From the NCBI GenBank assembly GCA_963721455.1, contig CAVRJG010000051.1, forward strand, positions 32,001 to 96,000: 64,000 nt of DNA. The letters are read 5' to 3'. Origin of the DNA: an uncultured Methanosarcinaceae archaeon (lineage in GTDB: Archaea; Halobacteriota; Methanosarcinia; Methanosarcinales; Methanosarcinaceae). Positions 10,982 to 20,646 of the stretch are shown piece after piece. Below the pieces are notes generated by a model. The model was not told where the DNA came from. It did no database searches and saw only the letters and a list, made by a program, of their open reading frames with translations. The number at the start of each line of letters is the position of its first letter. Within the stretch, counting starts at the first letter, position 1. Both the position numbers and the translations under genes were made by a program.

Positions 10982-11428
10982 TTACCCTGTTTTTCTCCTG
11001 TGTTTCAGCTTTTCGGCAATGTCAATACCGAGCCTTTTGCATTCCTGGACATCCTTATCTGTGGGCTTGTGAAGAATCCGGAGCACAGGGTCTATAACAG
11101 TCATTCCCATCTCTCGCATCTTTTCGGCTATCAGTATGGGCGCTTCTCCGCTCCATCCGTAAGACCCGAAAGCAGCTCCTAATTTGCCTTTTGGGTTTGT
11201 GGCAGCAAGAGTCTCATTCATGAATTTTTCCATGGGCAGTAGCATTTTGTAGTAAAAAGTCGAGGAGCCAACTGCAATTGCATCTGCTTCATCAAGGTCT
11301 TCGGGCTTTATGTCATAAAAGCTGACAGCTTTTACATCCACATTCTTTGATTCGATTCCACTAGCTATAGCTTCGGCCATAGCTTTTGTATTCCCTGAGG
11401 TACTGAGATAAACCACTATTGCTTTCAA
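10982..11428 (-). CDS. Flavodoxin
   Basis: VYLSTSGNTKAMA, GSSTFY, AFGSYGWSGEA; TTG start at 11428 behind GGGGATAAGG. Confidence 0.9.
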   Translation of the reverse strand: MKAIVVYLSTSGNTKAMAEAIASGIESKNVDVKAVSFYDIKPEDLDEADAIAVGSSTFYYKMLLPMEKFMNETLAATNPKGKLGAAFGSYGWSGEAPILIAEKMREMGMTVIDPVLRILHKPTDKDVQECKRLGIDIAEKLKHRRKTG

Positions 11429-11643
11429 CCTTATCCCCCATCCGATGTAAGATTTGATATTAACGCCGGTTACGGACAAAAAGTGAGCGAAAATACGCAA
11501 TTGCATATCTACCCGAAGCCCAGGGAGAATAAAAGTGAAACCTGAGGCTTTCTCACTTTCCGATCCTGCATTAATTATAAAAATTATTTTAAATAAGGAT
11601 TTCGTCCAGGGTCAGATTTACTTCAGGCGTGAAAGAAAATCCT

Positions 11644-13422
11644 TTATCCCAGGTCTGCCGCAATACGGATGGGGGCTATATAGTTCACTACCTGGAGAGC
11701 TACGCTCTCAAGAAAGTTGCGGACATTCTGGGAAATCCTGTCCGTAGTATGAGAGGCAAAGTTAAGGCTGCCTATAATTTCTCCTCTGTATTTCATAGGA
11801 ATCACCGCTACCGAAGTAATTTTTTCCTTCCTGATCAGGTCTGCCATTTTCTCTGAGAAAAAATCAAGCTTGTAAACAGGTTTTTCAGTCCAGATCTGCC
11901 GTGCTTCAGGGGAATCTGCCTTATATGTGGAAACACTTTTCACAAATTCGGGGGAAAGTCCTCTTTGTGCAACCAGATTAACCTGGTCGAGGAGCTCATC
12001 TTTCAGGTATATGCCTGCTGCATCTATCTCTTCTATCTGCAGGCAGGCATCAAGAATCCTGTTAAGCATAGTCTGAAGGTTCCAGGTGGTACTCAGGGAT
12101 ATTCCAAGTCCTCTCTGGATCTCAAGCATTTTCTGCGCCTCTTTTCTTTCAGTAACATCCACAACTATCCCCTGGAAATGAGCTACATCGCCTTTATCGT
12201 CTCGCTGGATAAATGTCCGCTCCTCAACCCAGTGCATACGGCCGTTCCCGGTAAAAATTCTGTACTCCATCTCGAAAGAATCGTATCCTTCTCTTATCGA
12301 ACGCGCAAGTTTTTCGATAACTGCTTTGATATCGTCTTTATGGATTATATTCCCGTAAAGTACATTTCCGGAAGTGAAGTCCTCTACTGTATACCCGAAT
12401 TGCGTTACATTTTCGGAAACAAATTCTGCAGGCCAGTTTTCCATGTTTTTCCATGTAAAAGCTACTGCCGGACTTTTGTTAATTATGGTTTTCAGCAATT
12501 TCTGCGTTTCAAGAGATTTTCTCAGGGCCTCTTCAACTTTTTTTTTGGGAGTTATATCAAGCACTATCCCCTGAAAACAGCTTACTTTCCCGTCTACCTC
12601 TCTCTGGATAAAAGTTCTTTCGTTTATCCATCGCACGTCTCCGGCTTTAGTAAATATTCTGTATTCCGAATTGAAGCTTACCTCTCCTTTCTGGATGCTC
12701 CTTTCAAGCTCCTCTTCTACTTTTTCCAGGTCATCGGGGTGTATGATTTTACCGTACTGAATTGTCTGTGATAGAAAATCATCAACCGTATATCCAAACC
12801 GTATCACGTTGTCTGAGACAAAAACCGCAGGCCAGTATTTCTCGTTCCTCCAGAGAAAGATCACTGCAGGGCTATTATTGATTACCGTGGTCAGCACTTT
12901 CTGCATCTTAAGGGTTTTTTCCAGTTCTTCTTCAATTTTCTTCCGCTTAGTGATATCGAGCACTACGCCCTGAAAGTGTGTTGCCTCTCCGCCTGTATTT
13001 CTCTGAATAAAGGTCCTTTCATTTATCCATCGAATGTTCCCGGATTTCGTAACAATTCTATACTCCATGTTAAATGCAGGAACCCCACTTTTTACTCTCT
13101 TCTCAAGTTCCTTTTCAATATTCTCGAGGTCATCGGGATATATTATATCCCTATACATTACCCTGCCAGAAGTGAAATCTTCTACCGCGTATCCGAAATT
13201 CGCTACGTTTTCAGAGACATATTCTACAGGCCATTTATCTTCGTTCTTCCTGAGAAATAGCACAACCTGGCTGTTATTGATTATCATTTTCAGGGCTTCT
13301 TCTTTTTCCAGGGCTGTGTGAAGGGCCTCTCCTCTCGTGTTATTTCTACTCTCTGTCGCCTGGAATTGCGTGTTTAAAGCTCTTTTATCTTCCGAACCCT
13401 CACCATCCATTTCTCCAACCAC
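11644..13422 (-). CDS. PAS/PAC x3 + GAF sensor protein without output domain
   Basis: Three repeats of WP.EFVSENV..FGY.VEDF.SG...EYRI.T..G..RW..ERTFIQR...FQG.V.D.T followed by a GAF-like C-terminus. Confidence 0.85.
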   Translation of the reverse strand: MVGEMDGEGSEDKRALNTQFQATESRNNTRGEALHTALEKEEALKMIINNSQVVLFLRKNEDKWPVEYVSENVANFGYAVEDFTSGRVMYRDIIYPDDLENIEKELEKRVKSGVPAFNMEYRIVTKSGNIRWINERTFIQRNTGGEATHFQGVVLDITKRKKIEEELEKTLKMQKVLTTVINNSPAVIFLWRNEKYWPAVFVSDNVIRFGYTVDDFLSQTIQYGKIIHPDDLEKVEEELERSIQKGEVSFNSEYRIFTKAGDVRWINERTFIQREVDGKVSCFQGIVLDITPKKKVEEALRKSLETQKLLKTIINKSPAVAFTWKNMENWPAEFVSENVTQFGYTVEDFTSGNVLYGNIIHKDDIKAVIEKLARSIREGYDSFEMEYRIFTGNGRMHWVEERTFIQRDDKGDVAHFQGIVVDVTERKEAQKMLEIQRGLGISLSTTWNLQTMLNRILDACLQIEEIDAAGIYLKDELLDQVNLVAQRGLSPEFVKSVSTYKADSPEARQIWTEKPVYKLDFFSEKMADLIRKEKITSVAVIPMKYRGEIIGSLNFASHTTDRISQNVRNFLESVALQVVNYIAPIRIAADLG

Positions 13423-14121
13423 CTGCAGAGGGCTCTACAATATCCCCCTTTTATGTGCTCCTGCATTGTTTTTCCGTGTCTTTCATCTATATTCCATTTA
13501 TATAATTATGTTTCTATCAAATATCAGTTTTCTTGATTACTGTCTCTTATTTTTCATATTTCTATTAGTGCTGAAAAACCGATAACTATAAACTGGTCAG
13601 TTTTTTAGCTCCCAAAAGTCAGGCTTTAGGTATTGAATTCCGTTTTCGTGTCGCTTCCGGAATCCATATATATTAAAACAAAGGTAATAAGATTCCGTAC
13701 TCCGTATTTCAGGTACGCCTCTGCCAGTCAGAAAAGCTCCTTTATTATGCAACCACCAAAGAAAATCGGCTGGACATAAGGCTTTAAAATCCGCGTGCCT
13801 ACCATGAACCCCATTATGAACCCAACAGGTGAATAGCTAAGATCTCAAAGGAATATTTGTCGGCAAAAATTAGTTAAAGCGGATTTTAGAAGACCATATT
13901 GTAACTCAATAAGACCTGTAAATACGGAATACGATAAAGAAAAATGGCAAAAGTCTAAAAATGGCAAAAGTCTAAAAAAGCAAAAATGGCAAAAAGGCCT
14001 GAAACGACATAAACCTCCATAAAAGGGCTTGCGGTAAGGTATGAGGGAGACTTTACTGCAGTTCCTTTGCTTTTTACCCATTCCTTTGATTAGCTCTTTA
14101 TAATATCATTTGCTTGAAGGT

Positions 14122-14940
14122 TCATTTCTCAGCGTACGCTTCGATTTCCAGCCTTATCATCTGGACATGGATATGCCCCTTATTATCCGGGGGGCGGAAA
14201 CTGACAAAAAGATTAACAAGCTCATCTATAAATTTATAAAAGATTAACAAGCTCCTCAAATTTATTTTCAGACTTTCAGGTACTTGCTGTGTGAATGGGT
14301 GCCAGGTTGAAGCGATTGAGGCAAAGAGACTTTCTTTTCCCGCAAGAGCCATATCTTTTGAGTTCATTTCCAGGCGTTTCACTCTAAAACCTGCATTCTT
14401 GAGCCATTCCCGATATTCTTCAGGTCCGTAAAACCCGTATGGAAAAACAAAATCCCTGAAATAACAGCTCCATTTTTCATCTTCAAGCATTCAATCAATG
14501 ATTTTAAGGATTTCTGCAGCGTTTCCCCTCCCTCCAAACTGCATCAGCAACGCTCCACCGGGTTTCAGGCTTCTCCAAAAACCTTTCAGGACAGGTTCCG
14601 GGTCCTTTATCCAGTGAAGAGCAGCATTGGAAAAGATAATGTCGTATTCGGAGTCAAAAGGAAGTTCTCCCGCATCCACCTGCATAAAGGCAAGGTTTGG
14701 GAATTGCTCGGGAGGATAATGAGCCTTTGCAAAATTAACCATTGTTTCTGAAATATCTATTCCGAGAATCGAGCCTTCAGGCAGGTTCTTTGCTATTTCG
14801 GCGCTGAGTCTTCCGTCTCCGCAACCTACATCAAGAACTCTTTCGTTTCCGTTGAGGGACAGTTTTGTGAGAAGTTCGAGTCCCCAATTATTCTGGGCCG
14901 AAGAACTGGAAGCGTAAAGTCCGGGGTTCCAGCAGTACAT
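14122..14940 (-). pseudogene. Class I SAM-dependent methyltransferase (trans-aconitate methyltransferase-like), split by in-frame TGA
   Basis: VLDVGCGDG, IIFSNAALHW; ORFs 14491-14940 and 14122-14490 abut in frame across TGA; ~30-bp internal duplication at 14207-14262. Confidence 0.8.
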
Positions 14941-15085
14941 AAAAATACTTCGTCCCGTTCTGAGATAAATATTTTCGGCGAAAATAGAGGTTAACTCTTA
15001 AGAAAGAAAGTTTTAAACAGGAAATATCAAAAGAATTAAATGGAGAAACAAAAATGGGTAATATAAATAGGAGTAATAAAATTTG

Positions 15086-15186
15086 GTGAACGGGTGCAAC
15101 TCTGTCGTGGTTAAGTGTCTGTGGTATGTCCTTTTATTTGGGTGTGATCTTGTAGATGTGGTCCAGAGCAGGCCCGTTCACTATGC
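15086..15186 (-). ncRNA. Candidate sRNA A (closing stem GTGAACGGG/CCCGTTCAC)
   Basis: 9-bp perfect terminal IR, inner ctctg/cagag; minus-strand TATTTATATA at 15211-15220; T-rich after stem. Confidence 0.5.
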
Positions 15187-15571
15187 TATTGGTTCAAGAC
15201 TCGGACTGGCTATATAAATATTTGGGCATTATTATATTAAATTGCCTTTTTGTGAAATTACGTGCAAGTTTTAAGAGCTAAAATAAAGATTTCTATCCGG
15301 ATTTACTTTTATTGTTCGAAATGAAACTATCTTTCTCCTTCTAATTTTCTTACTTATATTTTTCAGTCAGCCTTCTGTACCTACCATTTTTTAATTAATT
15401 TTATCGGTTCTTTTCAGTAACCTTCCCGTTCTTTTTCATCCGATATTCCCAGTACTTTTTTCTGCCCTCTTCGCAGCTTTTTCTTCCCCAACCTGTTTAT
15501 ACTATGAAGTTTTTTCCTATCTATACATTATAACTCTTAACTCTCACCATAAAATTCGAAGGAGATTTACA

Positions 15572-17233
15572 ATGAGAAGCGCTATTATCAAAGAAGGACC
15601 GGAACGTGCTCCCAACCGCTCACTTCTAAAAGCGACCGGGGTCACAGATTCCGAGATGAAGAGGCCGTTCATCGCAGTCGTCAATTCCTGGAACGACATA
15701 ATCCCTGGCCATATCCATCTGGATAAACTTGCGGAGGCTGTGAAAGCCGGGATCAGGAATGCCGGGGGAGTTCCTTTTGAATTCCACACTATAGGGGTTT
15801 GCGACGGAATCGCAATGGGGCACGAGGGTATGAAATATTCCCTCCCCAGCAGAGAGGTTATTGAGGACACAATCGAAATTATGGTCAAAGCCCACCAGTT
15901 TGACGGCATGGTCCTTATTCCTTCCTGCGACAAGATAGTGCCAGGGCACCTTATGGCAGCAGGCAGGCTTGACATTCCTTCAATCGTTGTAACCGGAGGG
16001 CCGATGCTTCCGGGCTATGTGGATGACAGGTATACGGACCTCATATCGGTCTTCGAAGGGGTCGGAGCTTACAGGGCAGGCAAACTCTCCGAAGCCGACC
16101 TTAAAAGGCTCGAAAATCTTTCCTGTGCAGGAGCCGGGTCGTGTGCAGGAATGTTTACCGCAAACACCATGGCCTGCATGACCGAAGCTCTGGGGCTGAG
16201 CCTTCCGGGATGTGCAACTGCCCATGCAGTAGATGCGAAAAAGACCCGCATTGCCAAGGAATCTGGAGAGCGTATTGTGGAGATGGTCAGAGAGAACCTG
16301 ACTTCCAGAAAGATTGTCAATTTTAAATCCTTTGAAAATGCCATAATGGTGGATATGGCAATCGGGGGGAGCACAAATACTACACTGCACCTTCCTGCCA
16401 TTGCCCATGAATTCGGGCTAAAGCTCCCTCTCGAGGTTTTTGACGAACTGAGCCAGACGACTCCTCATCTCATCTCCCTGCGTCCGGGAGGCCCTAATTT
16501 CATGCTGCATTTTGACAGGGCAGGTGGAGTTCAGGCAGTCATGCAGAGACTTGCTCCTAAGCTCTATCTGGATCAGCTTACGGTTAACGGCAAAACTATC
16601 GGGGAAAATCTGAACGAATTCGATATCGTTAACCCAAAGCTCAATAAAGAGATCATTGCAACTCTCGAAAAGCCTATCCACGCTCAGGGAGGAATTGCAG
16701 TTCTGAAAGGCAGCCTCGCTCCTGACGGCTCGGTTGTGAAACAGACAGCAGTTGACCCCAGAATGCATGTTCACACAGGCCCTGCCAGGGTTTATGACTG
16801 TGAAGAAGACTCTATGAAGAGCATTCTTGCAGGTGATGTAAAGCCTGGAGATATCCTTGTTATCCGTTATGAAGGCCCTAAAGGCGGCCCTGGTATGCGG
16901 GAAATGCTTGCAGCTACAGCCGCAATCGGAGGCATGGGCTTGCTGGAGTCTGTGGCTCTGATAACTGACGGGCGCTTCTCCGGAGGCACCCGTGGGCCAT
17001 GCATAGGACACGTCTCTCCCGAAGCCAGTGAAGGAGGGCCGATTGCCCTGGTAAAAGATGGAGATATGATAGAAATCAATATTCCTGAAAGGGTTCTGAA
17101 TCTGAAGGTTTCAGAAGAAGAGCTTAAGCAGCGGAAAGCTACCTTCGTACCTCCGAAAAAGGAAGTTACAGGTTACCTTGCCAGGTACCAGCGTTCCGTA
17201 CATTCAGCAAGTACGGGCGGGATAGTGGACTGA
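15572..17233 (+). CDS. ilvD: Dihydroxy-acid dehydratase
   Basis: [51 protein letters not shown]. Confidence 0.97.
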   Translation: MRSAIIKEGPERAPNRSLLKATGVTDSEMKRPFIAVVNSWNDIIPGHIHLDKLAEAVKAGIRNAGGVPFEFHTIGVCDGIAMGHEGMKYSLPSREVIEDTIEIMVKAHQFDGMVLIPSCDKIVPGHLMAAGRLDIPSIVVTGGPMLPGYVDDRYTDLISVFEGVGAYRAGKLSEADLKRLENLSCAGAGSCAGMFTANTMACMTEALGLSLPGCATAHAVDAKKTRIAKESGERIVEMVRENLTSRKIVNFKSFENAIMVDMAIGGSTNTTLHLPAIAHEFGLKLPLEVFDELSQTTPHLISLRPGGPNFMLHFDRAGGVQAVMQRLAPKLYLDQLTVNGKTIGENLNEFDIVNPKLNKEIIATLEKPIHAQGGIAVLKGSLAPDGSVVKQTAVDPRMHVHTGPARVYDCEEDSMKSILAGDVKPGDILVIRYEGPKGGPGMREMLAATAAIGGMGLLESVALITDGRFSGGTRGPCIGHVSPEASEGGPIALVKDGDMIEINIPERVLNLKVSEEELKQRKATFVPPKKEVTGYLARYQRSVHSASTGGIVD

Positions 17234-17380
17234 GCTGCCCGATGGTTATATTTTAAAAGATTTTTATTTCTGGAGGGTTTTATCCCTCCCTGGTTTTTTA
17301 GCTTTTTTCAAGCCTGAAATCTATCTTTTCTGAAGAATCCTGTGAATAACTTTATCGAAAAAATTGGAGAGGTGGAACTT

Positions 17381-17560
17381 TTGGAAGTAAAAGGACTATG
17401 TTCAATCTGTGGACTTCCGGCTAAACTTTATACATGCCAGTTATGCGGAAAAACCGTATGCAGCCAGTGCATGGATCGTAATAAGAGTTTCTGCATCAGG
17501 TGTGCCAGCGGCAGGACAGGTCCTGTACCTGGCTCTGAAGATATAGGGACACTTAAATGA
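17381..17560 (+). CDS. Small 8-Cys zinc-finger protein
   Basis: GAGGTG RBS then TTG; CSIC-x8-CQLC-x4-CSQC-x7-CIRC. Confidence 0.75.
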   Translation: MEVKGLCSICGLPAKLYTCQLCGKTVCSQCMDRNKSFCIRCASGRTGPVPGSEDIGTLK

Positions 17561-17657
17561 TTGAATCAAAAATGGAAGTATTTCTGAAAGTAGTGGTCTG
17601 GACTTTAAAACCTGCAGGTCTTACCAGCCGTGAATTCCTCCCTCAGGTTCAGGTAAA

Positions 17658-18590
17658 TCATACAAGCAGGTTTATAGGGTGTCGGGAGGCAGGTTCTATG
17701 TCGAGGTCAGCTACAGCTTCCGCAATCATTATGTCGCTCATGGCAGCCATGGGAAAAACATGTGGAGCATACTCGATAGGTCCATAAAGGATAAAATCTC
17801 CGGCTGCTGCCTGTTGCAGGCAGATTGAGCCAATATCGCAGATCCTGTACAGGATAGGGTCTTTTTCTTTCTTCCGATTCAGCCAGCTCCAGGCCGAGGG
17901 CGCATTGTGTATCCCTGAGCCTGTTGGGTGTCCCCATTTTGCTTTTGCGGTGATGGTCATCCTGAGGGCAACGCCTGCTCCGTTTCCCATAGGGGTGATG
18001 CTCGGGTCTATGAGCTTGTTAACTATTCCGCAACTGTCTGCTATTGAAAGGAGCCCTTCTTCCAGAAGTCCGGCTCCGTTTTCCAGCAGTTCCATCCTGC
18101 CCTGAAGGGTTGAGTCCATTGCATTGAAGCCAAGGATAATCGAACTGTCTATATCGGATAGAGCAAGAGCCTCCATTTCCGAAGCGTTTATGCTCAGATT
18201 TATGGAGTTATAGATTGCTCTGTCTGCAAGCCCTACCTCGCTGACATATTCTGCTGCATGGGAACGTACAGCTCCTTCGGGGGAGTCGATAAGAAAAGGA
18301 GCTTCTGAAATTTCTGTCACAAAGTCAATATAGCGAGTAATGCTTTTAGGGGTAGTACCGAAAATATGGATTATATGGGGGTTTCCTGTTTCTTCCGAAC
18401 TTGCTTCCTGCAGGTTTATCAGTCCTTCGGCAGCAGTCCGGTCAAACAGGCCTTTTGCAACGTCTTCTACGATTTCATGCTTATCATAAAAAATAGTTCC
18501 TGCAAGTACGGTCGGGAGTTCTCCTGGCTGTCCGCCTACTTTTACCCCTGCAATGTTAACTATTTCCTGTTCTTTCTGGAACTTAAACAT
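17658..18590 (-). CDS. mtxH: MtrH-like methyltransferase subunit MtxH
   Basis: MFKFQKEQ...GGQPGELPTVLAGTIFY, G.PTGSGIHNAPSAW, DF.LYGPIE. Confidence 0.9.
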   Translation of the reverse strand: MFKFQKEQEIVNIAGVKVGGQPGELPTVLAGTIFYDKHEIVEDVAKGLFDRTAAEGLINLQEASSEETGNPHIIHIFGTTPKSITRYIDFVTEISEAPFLIDSPEGAVRSHAAEYVSEVGLADRAIYNSINLSINASEMEALALSDIDSSIILGFNAMDSTLQGRMELLENGAGLLEEGLLSIADSCGIVNKLIDPSITPMGNGAGVALRMTITAKAKWGHPTGSGIHNAPSAWSWLNRKKEKDPILYRICDIGSICLQQAAAGDFILYGPIEYAPHVFPMAAMSDIMIAEAVADLDIEPASRHPINLLV

Positions 18591-18674
18591 CTTTACGCCC
18601 TCAAAATCTACAGGTTACTATTTTACTTTAAAATATCGTAATATACTTTCAAAGTGAGTCTCTTCCATTGAAGG

Positions 18675-19268
18675 TCAGAGACTTTCGGCATGGCAGACAA
18701 TTCCTGCAGCTGCGTCCATAACAAATTCTTCGGAAATGATTACATCGCCTGAGATAGGGACTGCAAAGGGAGATTGCCTTCTTTTCGGGGAACAGATGAT
18801 AAAAGGCTCATCCGGGTAAGCTTCTCCTCTGCCTTTATATTTTTTCACAATCCTCAGGATTTCTTTGGGGTCGACAAGTCCTATTCTGTCAAGGAGTACG
18901 ACCTGCTGCTGAAAGCGTCTGACTGCTGCTCTGGATATATTCTCTATGAAAGGGATTGCTCCCTCAGAGCCAACGATCCTGCCCTTTTCGTCAACCCCGT
19001 TTTCATGAATTGCAAGCAGGGAATGGCCTGCCAGGTGCCCCCTTGACTCTGCCCCACAGACAAGGACATACCGGATATTAGAATTTGAAATAATATTTAC
19101 GATTATTTTTTCGACTCCGAGATTTTCGGTTTTTGAACTTCCCCAGATGGCCGCTTCAGGTGAGGGATTGATCTGGCTTGCAAGAGTTACAACCGCAATC
19201 CGGGATTCTGGATTCCCTACGATGTGGTCTCCTTTTACTACCGGCCATGTCTCTGCAATGGTTTTCAA
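18675..19268 (-). CDS. mtxA: MtrA-like corrinoid protein MtxA (no C-terminal TM anchor)
   Basis: WP.V.GD..VGNPES..AVVTL.S, KTENLGVEK, GHLAG (His ligand region), GAIPFIEN. Confidence 0.88.
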   Translation of the reverse strand: MKTIAETWPVVKGDHIVGNPESRIAVVTLASQINPSPEAAIWGSSKTENLGVEKIIVNIISNSNIRYVLVCGAESRGHLAGHSLLAIHENGVDEKGRIVGSEGAIPFIENISRAAVRRFQQQVVLLDRIGLVDPKEILRIVKKYKGRGEAYPDEPFIICSPKRRQSPFAVPISGDVIISEEFVMDAAAGIVCHAESL

Positions 19269-20128
19269 TGGATCACCTTTTTTCTTTCCTTATTCAGGTA
19301 GGATAGTGCACTTGCAAGCATTATGGCTTTAGTGAAATGTCCGCCTACTCTTGATGTGTCCACAAAAACGTAATCGTCCATCAGCACTGGAGCCCCGAGT
19401 CCATCGCCCCCACCCAGGAAAGCAATTGTTCGGAAGATCAGGTTTCCTGAGATCCCGTCAGGGGCAACGATAAAGTTCGATTCTTTTATGGCATCTTCAA
19501 TAAGAATGGTGTGGTGTTTAGCATTGATCCCCAGTTCCACAGCTCGCCTTGTCACGAATTCCCCTTCCGCAAGGGTCCGGTCCACACGTCTGTCCCTTCC
19601 TATATCTCCAATCCTGCCTCCGGAAAGCACACCGACCGCAGGCTCGATCCCGAACCTCCTTATATATTCGGCACCAAGAGTTACCATGTGGAGCTTATCT
19701 GCAATGGTATTCCCTTCATCGATTCCTACAGGGGCGAGAAAGAAAGGCGTCCCGTCAACCGTCAGGAGGAGGGCAAGCCGGCAAATTCTTTTCGTTCCAA
19801 GGGCTTCTTTAAGGTGGGCAAGAGCTCCGGATGCCTTTGCAGTGCCCCTAATAGCAGCATCGACTTTTCTTGAAATCAGGAGTTCTGTAAGAGTCTTTTC
19901 GGGATCGTCTGTATCCATTACCTCAAGTTCTGTCCCGATCTCATCGATTTCTTTTTTGCTTCCAACAAGGACGACCTGTGCATATCCCAGTTCCTGGGCT
20001 TTCCACGCACTCTCGAGAATTTTGGGAGTTGGCTCTCTTATTCCCATAGCTACTCTGGCCCTGTTCGTCCTGGCTCTTATTTCGATAGCCTCAAGGAGGG
20101 AATCCATGCTATTTTTTTCCATATCCAT
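19265..20128 (-). CDS. mtxX: MtxX (phosphotransacetylase-fold methanogenesis marker protein)
   Basis: DAAIRGT, FFLAPVGIDEG, GVLSGGR..D.GR, APDGISGNLIFR, VDTSR; start trimmed because the ORF-track extension runs through a repeat. Confidence 0.88.
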   Translation of the reverse strand: MDMEKNSMDSLLEAIEIRARTNRARVAMGIREPTPKILESAWKAQELGYAQVVLVGSKKEIDEIGTELEVMDTDDPEKTLTELLISRKVDAAIRGTAKASGALAHLKEALGTKRICRLALLLTVDGTPFFLAPVGIDEGNTIADKLHMVTLGAEYIRRFGIEPAVGVLSGGRIGDIGRDRRVDRTLAEGEFVTRRAVELGINAKHHTILIEDAIKESNFIVAPDGISGNLIFRTIAFLGGGDGLGAPVLMDDYVFVDTSRVGGHFTKAIMLASALSYLNKERKKVIH

Positions 20129-20194
20129 CCTAACTTTTGTGTAAGATTTTAAGTAGTTCAAAGAAGTACAAACACGATCATTAATTAATTTTGT

Positions 20195-20385
20195 CCCTGC
20201 AGAGTTGCGCCAGCAGAGTTGCGGCTCTGCAGTGCGCCCCGAATTGCGCCTCGGGATCACAGGAAATCGTAGATTTTCTGGGAGTTGCGATGTAATCGCA
20301 ACAGTACGCGGTCCTTTTCGCTGCGCTCCCCGAGTTCCGCTTCGGGAGCACGGGTCCTTTTCGCTGCGCTCAAGCGGACTAACTT
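20195..20385 (+). repeat. Methanosarcina-type REP/MITE-like hairpin repeat, copy 2 (composite)
   Basis: Hairpins gcagag-ttgcgg-ctctgc, cccga-attgcgcc-tcggg, cccgag-ttccgc-ttcggg; two gtccttttcgctgcgctc units; ends caagcggactaa. Confidence 0.85.
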
Positions 20386-20646
20386 CAGGCATTGGCGTTT
20401 CACGCTGAGGTTATCTTAAAATTGAAGAAAAGTTTATACTGTGTCAGGTCGCCAGATTTATTTGACAATTGGAAATTGTCTGTTTTTTATATACGCAAAA
20501 AAATAATGTGCATGCAAATGTAAATTCATTGTTGTCAGTTAAAAAATCAGTATCAGAAGATGATGTGGGTAAAGATTTTTTACATAATAAAAAAATCAAA
20601 ACGTATAAAGTTAATAATTAGTTCATTTTTATTGGTATGGTTTTAG

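Noticed and set aside
13938-14000. 17-bp tandem repeat aaaaatggcaaaagtct and the 78-aa ORF over it
   Set aside because: Low-complexity slippage repeat with 2-3 copies; the ORF looks spurious
14491-14493. TGA as selenocysteine
   Set aside because: Not a catalytic Cys position, no SECIS recognised, and Methanosarcina lacks Sec decoding
20129-20392. 88-aa N-terminal extension of MtxX in the ORF track
   Set aside because: It runs through the GC-rich repeat element; MtxX-like sequence starts at about 20128
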